IMG/VR virus record: IMGVR_UViG_3300042526_000595
Span: 1 to 64,000 of that record
Length of the DNA stretch: 64,000 nt
Strand: one strand, 5' to 3'
Origin: an uncultured virus (IMG/VR IMGVR_UViG_3300042526_000595)
Taxonomy: Duplodnaviria > Heunggongvirae > Uroviricota > Caudoviricetes
The notes under the pieces are model-generated. The model did no database searches, was not told where the DNA came from, and saw nothing but the letters and a program-made list of their open reading frames with translations. Positions 10,014-18,917 of this stretch are shown here, piece after piece (position 1 is the first letter of the stretch; the number at the start of each line of letters is the position of its first letter). The position numbers were made by a program, and so were the translations under genes.

Positions 10014-11690
10014 TTAACTCTCTTTTCTTAATGAACCATCGTAATGTTCAAATCTATCGTGTTCTGTTGGTGTTAGTAATAGTAATCCTGGTTTAACGTT
10101 ACCTTTAATTGTTTCTTGATAAGAGTACGACATAAGAGTTTGTTCGTGAGGATGAGCCCATTTTGTTTCCAAATAACATTTATAATTACCTTCTTTTGTT
10201 AATACAATCGGCCAATTCGATAAATGGGATTCACCTGTTATATATGGTAACCCTTTATGAATATGTATTTCATCAAATTTTGTTTTAGGTGAATTGGGGT
10301 CTAAACCTTGAACCGGTAATTTAGGGTTGTTTGGCCAATGTTTTTGTCTAAAATCTTGTGGGACGTTATACCAACTCCACTGCACACTATGGTCACCAAA
10401 AAACTCACTAAAATTTAACTTTAAAAAATCAAAATTCTCTTTTTGAATAATTCCTAAAGATTTTTGATATAAATTGTCGACAAATCTTGGGAATCCATTT
10501 CTACACACCTCACCTTTTTTAGGGTAAAACGCCATGTCATCTTCAAAAAAGTAATAAAAATCCAAATCAGTTTCATCGAAATGTTCAGCAACAAATACCC
10601 TACCACCAACAATTCCAATATTATCTTTTTTAATATGTTCAAAACCATATTGTTCACATAGTTCAATATATCTCGGTGTTGTGGTTAAATCAGTTGAATT
10701 ATCTAATAAGAATTTCTTTGGTTTCTCCACAAAATCTTTATCGTAGTCCAACATAGATTGGATAAGAACCTCTAATTGTTTTGGTGAGTTAAATGTGATT
10801 ACATAAAGAGCTACTTTTGAAGTGTCCAAATTATTCACAACAACATCTTTAGACACTTCCGATTTAACCTCAACCGTCATATCTTTTAAATCCTCAAAGA
10901 ATTTACCCATTAACCCATTACCCTCAATTTCCGAGTAAGTAATTAAGTTTGGGTATTTGTATGTCATAATTGTAAATAATGACTCTTCAGTACCCATTAA
11001 CCCATTTGAAAGTGTTTCATTCATTAATCCGTAATAAATGGTATTAATTTCCGATATAACATCTTTTTTTCCACCAAAGAAACCTGCTCTAGCAACCATA
11101 TTAACAGGTTTACCGGCTAAATCACATAATTCTTGATACTTGAATCCGTGAATTTCGTTATTGGTTTCATAAGGAAAACAAACAAAGTGAAAGTTCTTAA
11201 CTAACTGGGGTAATTTATCTAAAACTTTATCATGGGTAAAGTACCCAGGGTGGATTGTGTTGGTTAACCCAGCATCAATCCAAAACATATATTCTGACTC
11301 AAACTTATCTAAAATTTTTGCATCGTGTAATAAATAAACTTTTGACATAACCAAAGGGTTATACATTTCTAATTTGGCTTGTGTCGAATCTGTTAACCAA
11401 CCAACTTGGTTATACCAATCAGGGTTGGTTCTTATTTTTTGAATTTTATCGTAAAATTCACTATTTTTAAACCAAGATAAACTTCTACGAACAAATTGAG
11501 TGTTTTCGGAGCGTCTATTATCTAACACAAATTTTTCTAATTCTTCATCACCAAAAATTATCATATTTACATCAACTTGTAATAGTTGTTGGAATTTATC
11601 TAAATAATGTTGGAATGAGCGAGACCACCCTTCTTGAAGGTCACCTCTTCCAATATCCCATAATCCTGTTACTAATGTTACTTTATTCAT
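10014..11690 (-). CDS. WlaTC/HtrL-like glycosyltransferase with second GT-A-like domain
   Basis: VTLVTGLWDIGR, FWIDAG, GFFGG, GTEE; C-terminal YVITFNSP...FFEDD. Confidence 0.75.
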   Translation of the reverse strand: MNKVTLVTGLWDIGRGDLQEGWSRSFQHYLDKFQQLLQVDVNMIIFGDEELEKFVLDNRRSENTQFVRRSLSWFKNSEFYDKIQKIRTNPDWYNQVGWLTDSTQAKLEMYNPLVMSKVYLLHDAKILDKFESEYMFWIDAGLTNTIHPGYFTHDKVLDKLPQLVKNFHFVCFPYETNNEIHGFKYQELCDLAGKPVNMVARAGFFGGKKDVISEINTIYYGLMNETLSNGLMGTEESLFTIMTYKYPNLITYSEIEGNGLMGKFFEDLKDMTVEVKSEVSKDVVVNNLDTSKVALYVITFNSPKQLEVLIQSMLDYDKDFVEKPKKFLLDNSTDLTTTPRYIELCEQYGFEHIKKDNIGIVGGRVFVAEHFDETDLDFYYFFEDDMAFYPKKGEVCRNGFPRFVDNLYQKSLGIIQKENFDFLKLNFSEFFGDHSVQWSWYNVPQDFRQKHWPNNPKLPVQGLDPNSPKTKFDEIHIHKGLPYITGESHLSNWPIVLTKEGNYKCYLETKWAHPHEQTLMSYSYQETIKGNVKPGLLLLTPTEHDRFEHYDGSLRKES

Positions 11691-11695
11691 TGTTT

Positions 11696-12619
11696 TTATA
11701 TTTTAAAATTTTTTATATCATGCCACATCATATAGAAAGGTTTTAATGGATTTTTTTCTTTATCCCACATTTTATAGTGATAATCATCGTGTTCTCCGGA
11801 TGCAAATGTGTTAAAAATAAATGTAATTTTTTCGTCTTCACTGATTAAATCATAAGATGGTTTCATAATTACTTCTTCTGTACAAAGTATATTTTTTTCT
11901 AATATTTTTTCAGTAAATTCCCAAAATAAATTTATGTATTTTTTTAATATTTGAGTATCACCCCCAAACATACCACCGACCGGATAGGGTGATTCAAAAG
12001 GTTTGTCTAATATTCCGTGTTGTAAAAAAGGATAACTTATTTGAGGACCATATGAACAAACAAACATTATTTTATTTTCACATATTTTATTTAATTTATT
12101 ATATATTTCGCTATCAATTATTTTTGAAAAATTAAACACATCTAAATGAGCCCACCAATCTGTTGGTACGCCTAAATTTTCATAATCCGTATTATAAACT
12201 TTAGAGTACATCCAAGGGAATATTCCCGGGTGTTGCAAACCAACATCAACCCAATAAACTTTATCAAACCCATCAAGTTCTCTTTCCATAACATCAAATT
12301 TTCCCCACATTATTTCAGGACCTCTTCCATCTAAATCGGTATCAAAATTATTATTTCTAATTTTTTTAATTTCATTATGGTATTTTACATCAGATAGTTC
12401 TAATATTTTTAACTCTAAATTAGTTAAATCATATCTTACTTTAATATCGTTAAGTTCGTCGTAATTTTTACTATGAGTATAGCAGATAACCGGTAAACTA
12501 CTACCAATACAATGAGAAATTAATGACCCTTGATATCTTATTTTTCTAATTGGGGAGACTCCTTGATATGGATATCCTTCAACATCCATCCAATATGTGG
12601 TAACAATTTTAGTTTTCAT
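11696..12619 (-). CDS. HtrL-like glycosyltransferase
   Basis: KIVTTYW, YWVDVG, GGMFGG, CTEE match the motifs of the neighbouring gene. Confidence 0.65.
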   Translation of the reverse strand: MKTKIVTTYWMDVEGYPYQGVSPIRKIRYQGSLISHCIGSSLPVICYTHSKNYDELNDIKVRYDLTNLELKILELSDVKYHNEIKKIRNNNFDTDLDGRGPEIMWGKFDVMERELDGFDKVYWVDVGLQHPGIFPWMYSKVYNTDYENLGVPTDWWAHLDVFNFSKIIDSEIYNKLNKICENKIMFVCSYGPQISYPFLQHGILDKPFESPYPVGGMFGGDTQILKKYINLFWEFTEKILEKNILCTEEVIMKPSYDLISEDEKITFIFNTFASGEHDDYHYKMWDKEKNPLKPFYMMWHDIKNFKI

Positions 12620-12646
12620 AATTTTTTTTATTTATATTTTTTTATT

Positions 12647-13399
12647 TTAAAATCTAATATACAATTGTTCTGATTTATTGTAAAATTGGAAACATTGTTG
12701 TAGGAAATGATTAAAAGCGTTATCAAAATGCCATTTCATTCCGGCCTCTAAAGCTGATATACCAATTTCAAATCCTTCGGCATAATTTCTAATTTTATTT
12801 TCAATACTGTACCATAAAAATTGTTCCCATCTTTGGACAAAAAATCTAAATTTATATGAATTTTTAAATATCATAAATTGTTCATTAACACAATGAGCTT
12901 CATCCCATTTATCGTATTCTAACATATCATAATCTATTAATTTTTGCATAAAAAAACTACCTTCAGGATGGGCTCTACTATCACCAATTCTTGCTGGTCT
13001 CTCAAATACAAAATCATAATCGTTTTCTTTAGTCCAATTTAACATATTTAAAACTTTTTTTTCTGAAAAATGTTCAAACATTGTCCAATCACCATCTGAA
13101 AAAATTATAAATTCATATCCTTCAGAATTAGGGTTATTTTTTTCATACTCTAAAATATGTTTTAGAGATAATACTTTTAAATTATAATGAAAACTTGTTG
13201 TACCAACCGCTTCGTGATGTAATGATGGAGGGTTAATTACTTTAATTTTAAATCTATCACCTAAATCGGGGAAATTTTCATTTGTTGTTGTTATGAAAAA
13301 ATCGCAGTTAGATGTTCTTGACGCTAAATCAGAATAAAATTGAATTGTTTTCTTTTCGTATTCTTCACCAATCGATAATGTTGTAAAACAATATTTCAT
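12647..13399 (-). CDS. Putative glycosyltransferase (DxD)
   Basis: TLSIGEEY start, IIFSDGD motif, position in GT operon. Confidence 0.5.
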   Translation of the reverse strand: MKYCFTTLSIGEEYEKKTIQFYSDLASRTSNCDFFITTTNENFPDLGDRFKIKVINPPSLHHEAVGTTSFHYNLKVLSLKHILEYEKNNPNSEGYEFIIFSDGDWTMFEHFSEKKVLNMLNWTKENDYDFVFERPARIGDSRAHPEGSFFMQKLIDYDMLEYDKWDEAHCVNEQFMIFKNSYKFRFFVQRWEQFLWYSIENKIRNYAEGFEIGISALEAGMKWHFDNAFNHFLQQCFQFYNKSEQLYIRF

Positions 13400-13400
13400 A

Positions 13401-14081
13401 TTATAAGTTAAGGTCTTTTAAATAATTCAAAGCTTGTATTGCACTTGGAACTAATGGTTTATCATTCTCGTCAATTTGCATTCCTATAAAAAAATCTTTA
13501 TTATCTCTATGGATATAGTTTTCTTCACTATCATATCCACAATAGAAGATATTGTTTTTATCAATATTTTCCATATATAATTGTAGTATTGTTTGGTCGG
13601 AACCCCAAACTAATTCATTGTTTTTAATAAATTCATTGAAGTGTTCCTCAAATAAATTTATTTTACGTTTAATTCCAAATAGCCCACTTGGTACTGGTGA
13701 ATGCCAAGGATGGTCTCTTATTATAAAATAATCATTATCTGTTTTTAACCAACTATTAATATAACTAACTTCTCGATGACTAAATCTACTATCTAAATCT
13801 CTAACAATTGATGGAGTATCCTCTAAAAAACTCAAGAATCTCCAAAAATATGGGAAATGAATTGATTCTAACCCACCTATAGTTAAATCTTTAACATTAA
13901 TTAAGTTGGCACCTAATTCAGATAAAATTTTAATGTATTCTGTTAGGATAAAGTCACTATGATAATAAATTCTAATTTCCCAATCAGGTAATAAAGAATT
14001 AACCTCGACGGTATTTTTAACTGCACCAATATAATATTTCATATTGGTTCCAAATAATGTGAATGATACGATTGGTCTCAT
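13401..14081 (-). CDS. Putative glycosyltransferase-like protein
   Basis: SFTLFG...YYIGA, FWRFL, VRDLDSR, IRDHPWH, DQTIL. Confidence 0.55.
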   Translation of the reverse strand: MRPIVSFTLFGTNMKYYIGAVKNTVEVNSLLPDWEIRIYYHSDFILTEYIKILSELGANLINVKDLTIGGLESIHFPYFWRFLSFLEDTPSIVRDLDSRFSHREVSYINSWLKTDNDYFIIRDHPWHSPVPSGLFGIKRKINLFEEHFNEFIKNNELVWGSDQTILQLYMENIDKNNIFYCGYDSEENYIHRDNKDFFIGMQIDENDKPLVPSAIQALNYLKDLNL

Positions 14082-14929
14082 TTTTCATAAATATTTTTTA
14101 CGTTTATATTTGAATATCTTTCTTCGTCATCAACAATTAAATTAACGTAAGTGTTGTAAACAGGGTTATCTGAATTCATTCCCGAGTTTGGGCCGTCATT
14201 GGTTAAAGGCCAATATATTTTTTCAGCATTTGATAAAAAACAAGCCCAAAAAGAAAAAGTTCCTTGTGCCGCAATTATTTTATTAAAAGACGTGATTTCT
14301 GAAAAAACATCAAGTATATCACCATCAATTAATTTAGGGTTATATTTTTCTAATTTATTAATTAATGATTGATGTTTATTTATGTGGTCAAATGAAATAT
14401 ATAAATTATCAAAAGTTTCTTGAGATATTATATTAAGGTAATAACTATCCGGTAAAACAAAACTCCCATCGTGATTACTACTCCTTAACATAATCACTAA
14501 ATCATTACTACCCCTTTTATCTTTAACAATACTTTTAAAATATTCTTTAACTTTAATTTTATATGGTTTGATGTAATCATATTTTGAAAAATATGATTGG
14601 TTTATAAATCCGTGATTTGGGTAGGATTGTATTAAATTTTCAATACTACCTAATTGTATAATATCACCATCTTGAATAACTTTAATTGGGTTATCCACAA
14701 TATTTCCTTTAACACCTTTAAATGGAAACATAATTTCATTGTATTGTCCGTTTTTAGTGTCTTCTCTTCTTATTAAGGCATTTTCCGGAGATATTAACTC
14801 GTACCCTAGTAGTTCGCTAATTATTCTACAAGCGGAATATATAAACAATTTATTACCCAAATTTTTTCTTGGAGATGAAAAATAACCACCCTCTAAATAT
14901 GAATCGTATTCATCATAAATTTTAACCAT
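14078..14929 (-). CDS. GT11-like (alpha-1,2-fucosyltransferase-like) protein
   Basis: NLGNKLFIY, IMLRSS, GTFSFWACFLS. Confidence 0.65.
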   Translation of the reverse strand: MVKIYDEYDSYLEGGYFSSPRKNLGNKLFIYSACRIISELLGYELISPENALIRREDTKNGQYNEIMFPFKGVKGNIVDNPIKVIQDGDIIQLGSIENLIQSYPNHGFINQSYFSKYDYIKPYKIKVKEYFKSIVKDKRGSNDLVIMLRSSNHDGSFVLPDSYYLNIISQETFDNLYISFDHINKHQSLINKLEKYNPKLIDGDILDVFSEITSFNKIIAAQGTFSFWACFLSNAEKIYWPLTNDGPNSGMNSDNPVYNTYVNLIVDDEERYSNINVKNIYEK

Positions 14930-14932
14930 TTT

Positions 14933-16180
14933 TTATAAATTACCCGTTATTCTTTCACACCAACCTTTTGACGTACTAAACGGCCAAACAACCCAGTATT
15001 TTGGTTTATGAACTGTTTGAAATTCTCTCCAAACTTTACAATACCCATCAGGGTCTCTCATCATATTATTAATTTCATTAATGTCAGCGTCTCTTCTATT
15101 TAAAGTTTCATCATTCTCGTCGTGGAAAGCAACTACCCAAAACTCATAATCCTTCTCCGGTACTTGAGTAAATCCAATATCAATACAATGTTTGAAGATG
15201 CTAGCATAACTCGCCAACCATTCTTCTTCTGTTTCATAAATTGTTGGATTGGGGGCGTAATGTTTGTCTAATGTATATTGTTGAACCGCTCTATTTGAAA
15301 ATTTAAGACCTGAATAAATTTCATAATCCCTTAAAGTTCTTTCAGTTCCAAAACCATAATAACTAAAATCCATAGTGACCTCTTCACCATCCATACCAAA
15401 TAATTGACGATTTTTTAAATGAGATAATTCGTTTTTCTTACCCCACTCTTTATCATCATCCCATTGTTTGGTTCTACCCTTACGAGTATATTCGTGCCAA
15501 ATAACGGTTTTATGTGGGTGGAATAAATCATATCCGTGAGTATATGCTCTAACGGCAATTGATATTTCTTCACCGTGAAAATAGAACTCAGGGTCGTGTT
15601 GAACCTCGACACTAAATTGTCCTACTGTAAATGCCATATGGGCGGAGTAAAATCTTGAGGTAACGGGTTCTTTAAGGTTTTCCCACCCCGGAATTGTTTC
15701 AGGTAAGAAGAAGACGGCACCTTCTGGTATAAATCTATCAAACGACATTCTCCATGGGTCTCTAACTCTCCCTGCCGGGTCATTGTCAGGGTCAAATGAA
15801 GAAACATACCCTGTCAATAAAGGTTTCTTAAATCCTTTCTTTTGAAGTTGTTTAACCATTTTGATTAAGGTGTCATCCCAATCTTTCTCAAATCTCATGT
15901 GAGAGTCAATTTGTAGGGTATATTCTTCACCTTTATATAATTGTTGTACTTGGTTTCTTGCCCAACAAACACCTTTGGATTCGGTGTATAAAACGTCAAC
16001 AACTCTAAATCTTTTATCTTTTGCGTATTCAGATAAATCATCAAACCCGTCTTCCGGGTGATATTGACGACATATTCCAATTACCAAATTTTTAGGTTTT
16101 TTCGCATTCTCCAACATTGACTTAATTGTTGGAATAAGTTGGGGGTCACGATAGGACGCGATTTGTACAAAAATTTTCAT
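14933..16180 (-). CDS. GT60-family (Skp1/polypeptide GlcNAc-transferase-like) glycosyltransferase
   Basis: IFVQIASYRDP, SKGVCWARN, LQIDSHMRF, FHGEEI, RAYTHGYDL. Confidence 0.85.
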   Translation of the reverse strand: MKIFVQIASYRDPQLIPTIKSMLENAKKPKNLVIGICRQYHPEDGFDDLSEYAKDKRFRVVDVLYTESKGVCWARNQVQQLYKGEEYTLQIDSHMRFEKDWDDTLIKMVKQLQKKGFKKPLLTGYVSSFDPDNDPAGRVRDPWRMSFDRFIPEGAVFFLPETIPGWENLKEPVTSRFYSAHMAFTVGQFSVEVQHDPEFYFHGEEISIAVRAYTHGYDLFHPHKTVIWHEYTRKGRTKQWDDDKEWGKKNELSHLKNRQLFGMDGEEVTMDFSYYGFGTERTLRDYEIYSGLKFSNRAVQQYTLDKHYAPNPTIYETEEEWLASYASIFKHCIDIGFTQVPEKDYEFWVVAFHDENDETLNRRDADINEINNMMRDPDGYCKVWREFQTVHKPKYWVVWPFSTSKGWCERITGNL

Positions 16181-16255
16181 ATTTACCTTAATTTATTTAA
16201 AAAATAATATTTAAACGAAAAAGATAAATATGAAAATAATTTATTGTGGATTAAT

Positions 16256-18838
16256 TTATGGGTAAATCATAATTAGTTCTAAATAACCGGTAGATTGTTG
16301 TCCGTATAATTTATTACCAATTGCAAATATTAAATTATATTCCGTTGTAAATGATTGGAAGACCGTCCCATCGGAATTTAAAATTATCCAATTTAATGAT
16401 GGTGTACCATTATATGAAGTAAAAGTACCCCAAAGTAATAATTTATTTGTCCATATTATTGTACAGTAAGAACTAAGGTCTGCTGTTCCACCTGATAATC
16501 CGGTACCACTATTAAAACTAGGGTCAATAGTTCCATCAGACATTAATTTAAGAATTCTGTTGACAGGTGTTCCATTGTACATAGTAAATCCTCCACCATT
16601 GTAATTAGTACCAACAACATAAAAGGATGTTTCTCCGGATATTCGAAAAGTATTAATTGCTTCCTCTCCGTAACTATTAAACCCTGTACCATAATTAAAA
16701 CTATCGTCTTTATATCCATTAGATTGTAATTTAATAATATGGTTTGCAGAAATACCACTAAACGACGTGAAATACCCCGTAACATACATAGAATCATCAG
16801 GATTAACTAACACACCTTGAGGGATAGTAGGTGCTCCGGCAAATCCTGTTGTTGCTGAGAAAGTCATATCCATAGTACCACCACTACTTAGTTTTGCTAA
16901 ACCATAGATAGGGGTAGTAACTCCATTATATGTCGAAAAATATCCCGGAACTATAATATTACCCAATGAATCAATTCCCGGTACCGCCGTATAAAAACCG
17001 TTAAATCCTGAACCCATAACAAAAGTGTTATCAATACTACCATCAACATTTAATCTAACGATTCTATTTTTGGATACACCACTATATGATGTTAAAAATC
17101 CTGTCGCAATTATCTTACCGTCAGGTTGTTGTATGATTGATTCACCATTGTAAAAATAGTCATATGGACCAGCAAATCCTGTACCACCAGTAAATGAATA
17201 ATCAATTGTTAAATCTTGATTTAATTTTATTATACCTCCAGCAGGAACCACATTATTTTCACTATAACCTGTATATGCACCATAGAAATATCCGCTAGTG
17301 GAATTATCAATAAAATCAATTAAATAGGCTGAGTCGTTAGGTTCAAATCTATATTGAGGTGTTGGTGACGGTGTCATTGTTTGAGTTGGAGTTATTGTTG
17401 GTGTCAAAGTCGGAGTTTGTGTTGGTGTTTGACTCGGTATGGGTAACGAACCACTAATGTCAAAAGGACAAGTAAGATTAAAAGCCGATATAGTGTGAGG
17501 AGTATTTGCATAATAACTACTAATATATCCTTTATATCCGTCTTTAAACAGTATTCTAGGCCCACTACCCATATTAATACTTCCACTAAGGTTGAGTGTT
17601 TGAGTTGAGGTTATACCCGTTATATTATAAGGACTTGATAAAGTATATCTAATTAGATTATTACCACTATTAAACGTAAATAGATACAAACCGTTATTTT
17701 GAAAATTAAAATCAGAGACAAATCCGGTCGCAGAGGTAGAGGTTAACGTACCACCAATTATATCCCAAGCACTTGTTAATGTGTATTTCTTTAAACCTCC
17801 GGTCCCTAATAATACCATAGTTAACCCATCAGGAGTAAATTTAACAACACTTAAACTTGTGCCATATGTTGTAGCTGACGCACTAAGACTCATTGTGGTT
17901 ATATCCCAAGGAGTACTTACCGTAAATTTTCTTAAAACACCTGAACTAGCATTACAAACAAATATTTTTGTACCATCAGGTGAAAAACAGTGTCCTTGAG
18001 CACTACTTACAATAGTGTCGGTATTTATAGATACCGCTGCCGGTATTGCATATACTCCAGATGCAGCCGATTGAAAACCATTTGCAATTATAGTCGATAC
18101 ATCCCAAGGGGTACCTAAATTATACATTATAATTGGGTCATATCCTGTACTTGAACCTACTCCAGTATTATGTCGTGTGAAATATACTTTTGTACCATCC
18201 GGATAAAAAGATGAATAACTATTTTGCATCAAAACAGTATACTTTTCATTATTGTAAATTGTTTGTGGAATACATGCAGATACATCAGTCGGAGTTACCG
18301 TTGGTGTCAGAGTATTTGTTGGCGTAATTGTTGGTGTTTGAGTATTAGTCGGAGTTGGAGTTATTTCGGATGTTGGACAACTATTATCAACACAGACACC
18401 ATTAATTGAGATTATTACATTTTCATCTGCAAACGGTAATTTACCACAAACATAAAAAGTTGTTGATTGAGGGATAACACCTGTAAATATAGTTTCGTCA
18501 CATAGAATATAACCAAAATTTAAATTTCCGGTTCCAACATTAATAAAGGCGATGCAACTACAAGAAAGATTTGTTGGTGTTATTGTTGGTGTTGGTGTTA
18601 GTGTTGGGGTGGGTGTAGGTGTAAAACAGTTAATGTAATTTATTGTTTCACATCCTTTACTGTCGGTAATAACTACTAATAATTGGTTAACCCCATTTAG
18701 TTGTGTAGGTGGCGTTATTGTTATGGGTGCTGAAGTCACACCACTAATCGCAAAATAACAATAAGTATATGTAATATCACATATTGTGATACTAAATGGT
18801 GGATGCCCTACTAAACTAGTTATTTCTATTGATTGCAT
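16256..18838 (-). CDS. Putative virion surface protein with Pro/Thr linkers, PWDxT beta-propeller and delta-60-type repeats
   Basis: TPTPT linkers; FSPDGTK/PWDIT repeats; QPDGKII...RLNVDGSIDNTF. Confidence 0.7.
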   Translation of the reverse strand: MQSIEITSLVGHPPFSITICDITYTYCYFAISGVTSAPITITPPTQLNGVNQLLVVITDSKGCETINYINCFTPTPTPTLTPTPTITPTNLSCSCIAFINVGTGNLNFGYILCDETIFTGVIPQSTTFYVCGKLPFADENVIISINGVCVDNSCPTSEITPTPTNTQTPTITPTNTLTPTVTPTDVSACIPQTIYNNEKYTVLMQNSYSSFYPDGTKVYFTRHNTGVGSSTGYDPIIMYNLGTPWDVSTIIANGFQSAASGVYAIPAAVSINTDTIVSSAQGHCFSPDGTKIFVCNASSGVLRKFTVSTPWDITTMSLSASATTYGTSLSVVKFTPDGLTMVLLGTGGLKKYTLTSAWDIIGGTLTSTSATGFVSDFNFQNNGLYLFTFNSGNNLIRYTLSSPYNITGITSTQTLNLSGSINMGSGPRILFKDGYKGYISSYYANTPHTISAFNLTCPFDISGSLPIPSQTPTQTPTLTPTITPTQTMTPSPTPQYRFEPNDSAYLIDFIDNSTSGYFYGAYTGYSENNVVPAGGIIKLNQDLTIDYSFTGGTGFAGPYDYFYNGESIIQQPDGKIIATGFLTSYSGVSKNRIVRLNVDGSIDNTFVMGSGFNGFYTAVPGIDSLGNIIVPGYFSTYNGVTTPIYGLAKLSSGGTMDMTFSATTGFAGAPTIPQGVLVNPDDSMYVTGYFTSFSGISANHIIKLQSNGYKDDSFNYGTGFNSYGEEAINTFRISGETSFYVVGTNYNGGGFTMYNGTPVNRILKLMSDGTIDPSFNSGTGLSGGTADLSSYCTIIWTNKLLLWGTFTSYNGTPSLNWIILNSDGTVFQSFTTEYNLIFAIGNKLYGQQSTGYLELIMIYP

Positions 18839-18841
18839 ATT

Positions 18842-18849
18842 GATAAATA
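18842..18849 (-). promoter_or_regulatory. Putative late promoter TATTTATC
   Basis: 3 nt upstream of ATG 18838. Confidence 0.55.
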
Positions 18850-18882
18850 TAATTATAACCCATTTTAATTAAATTGTTTTTC

Positions 18883-18912
18883 TTGACAAACATATTCATT
18901 TTGTTATTTTTA
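18883..18912 (+). promoter_or_regulatory. Putative early/middle promoter TTGACA-N16-TATTTTTA
   Basis: Divergent intergenic region just before ATG 18918. Confidence 0.5.
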
Positions 18913-18917
18913 TATCT

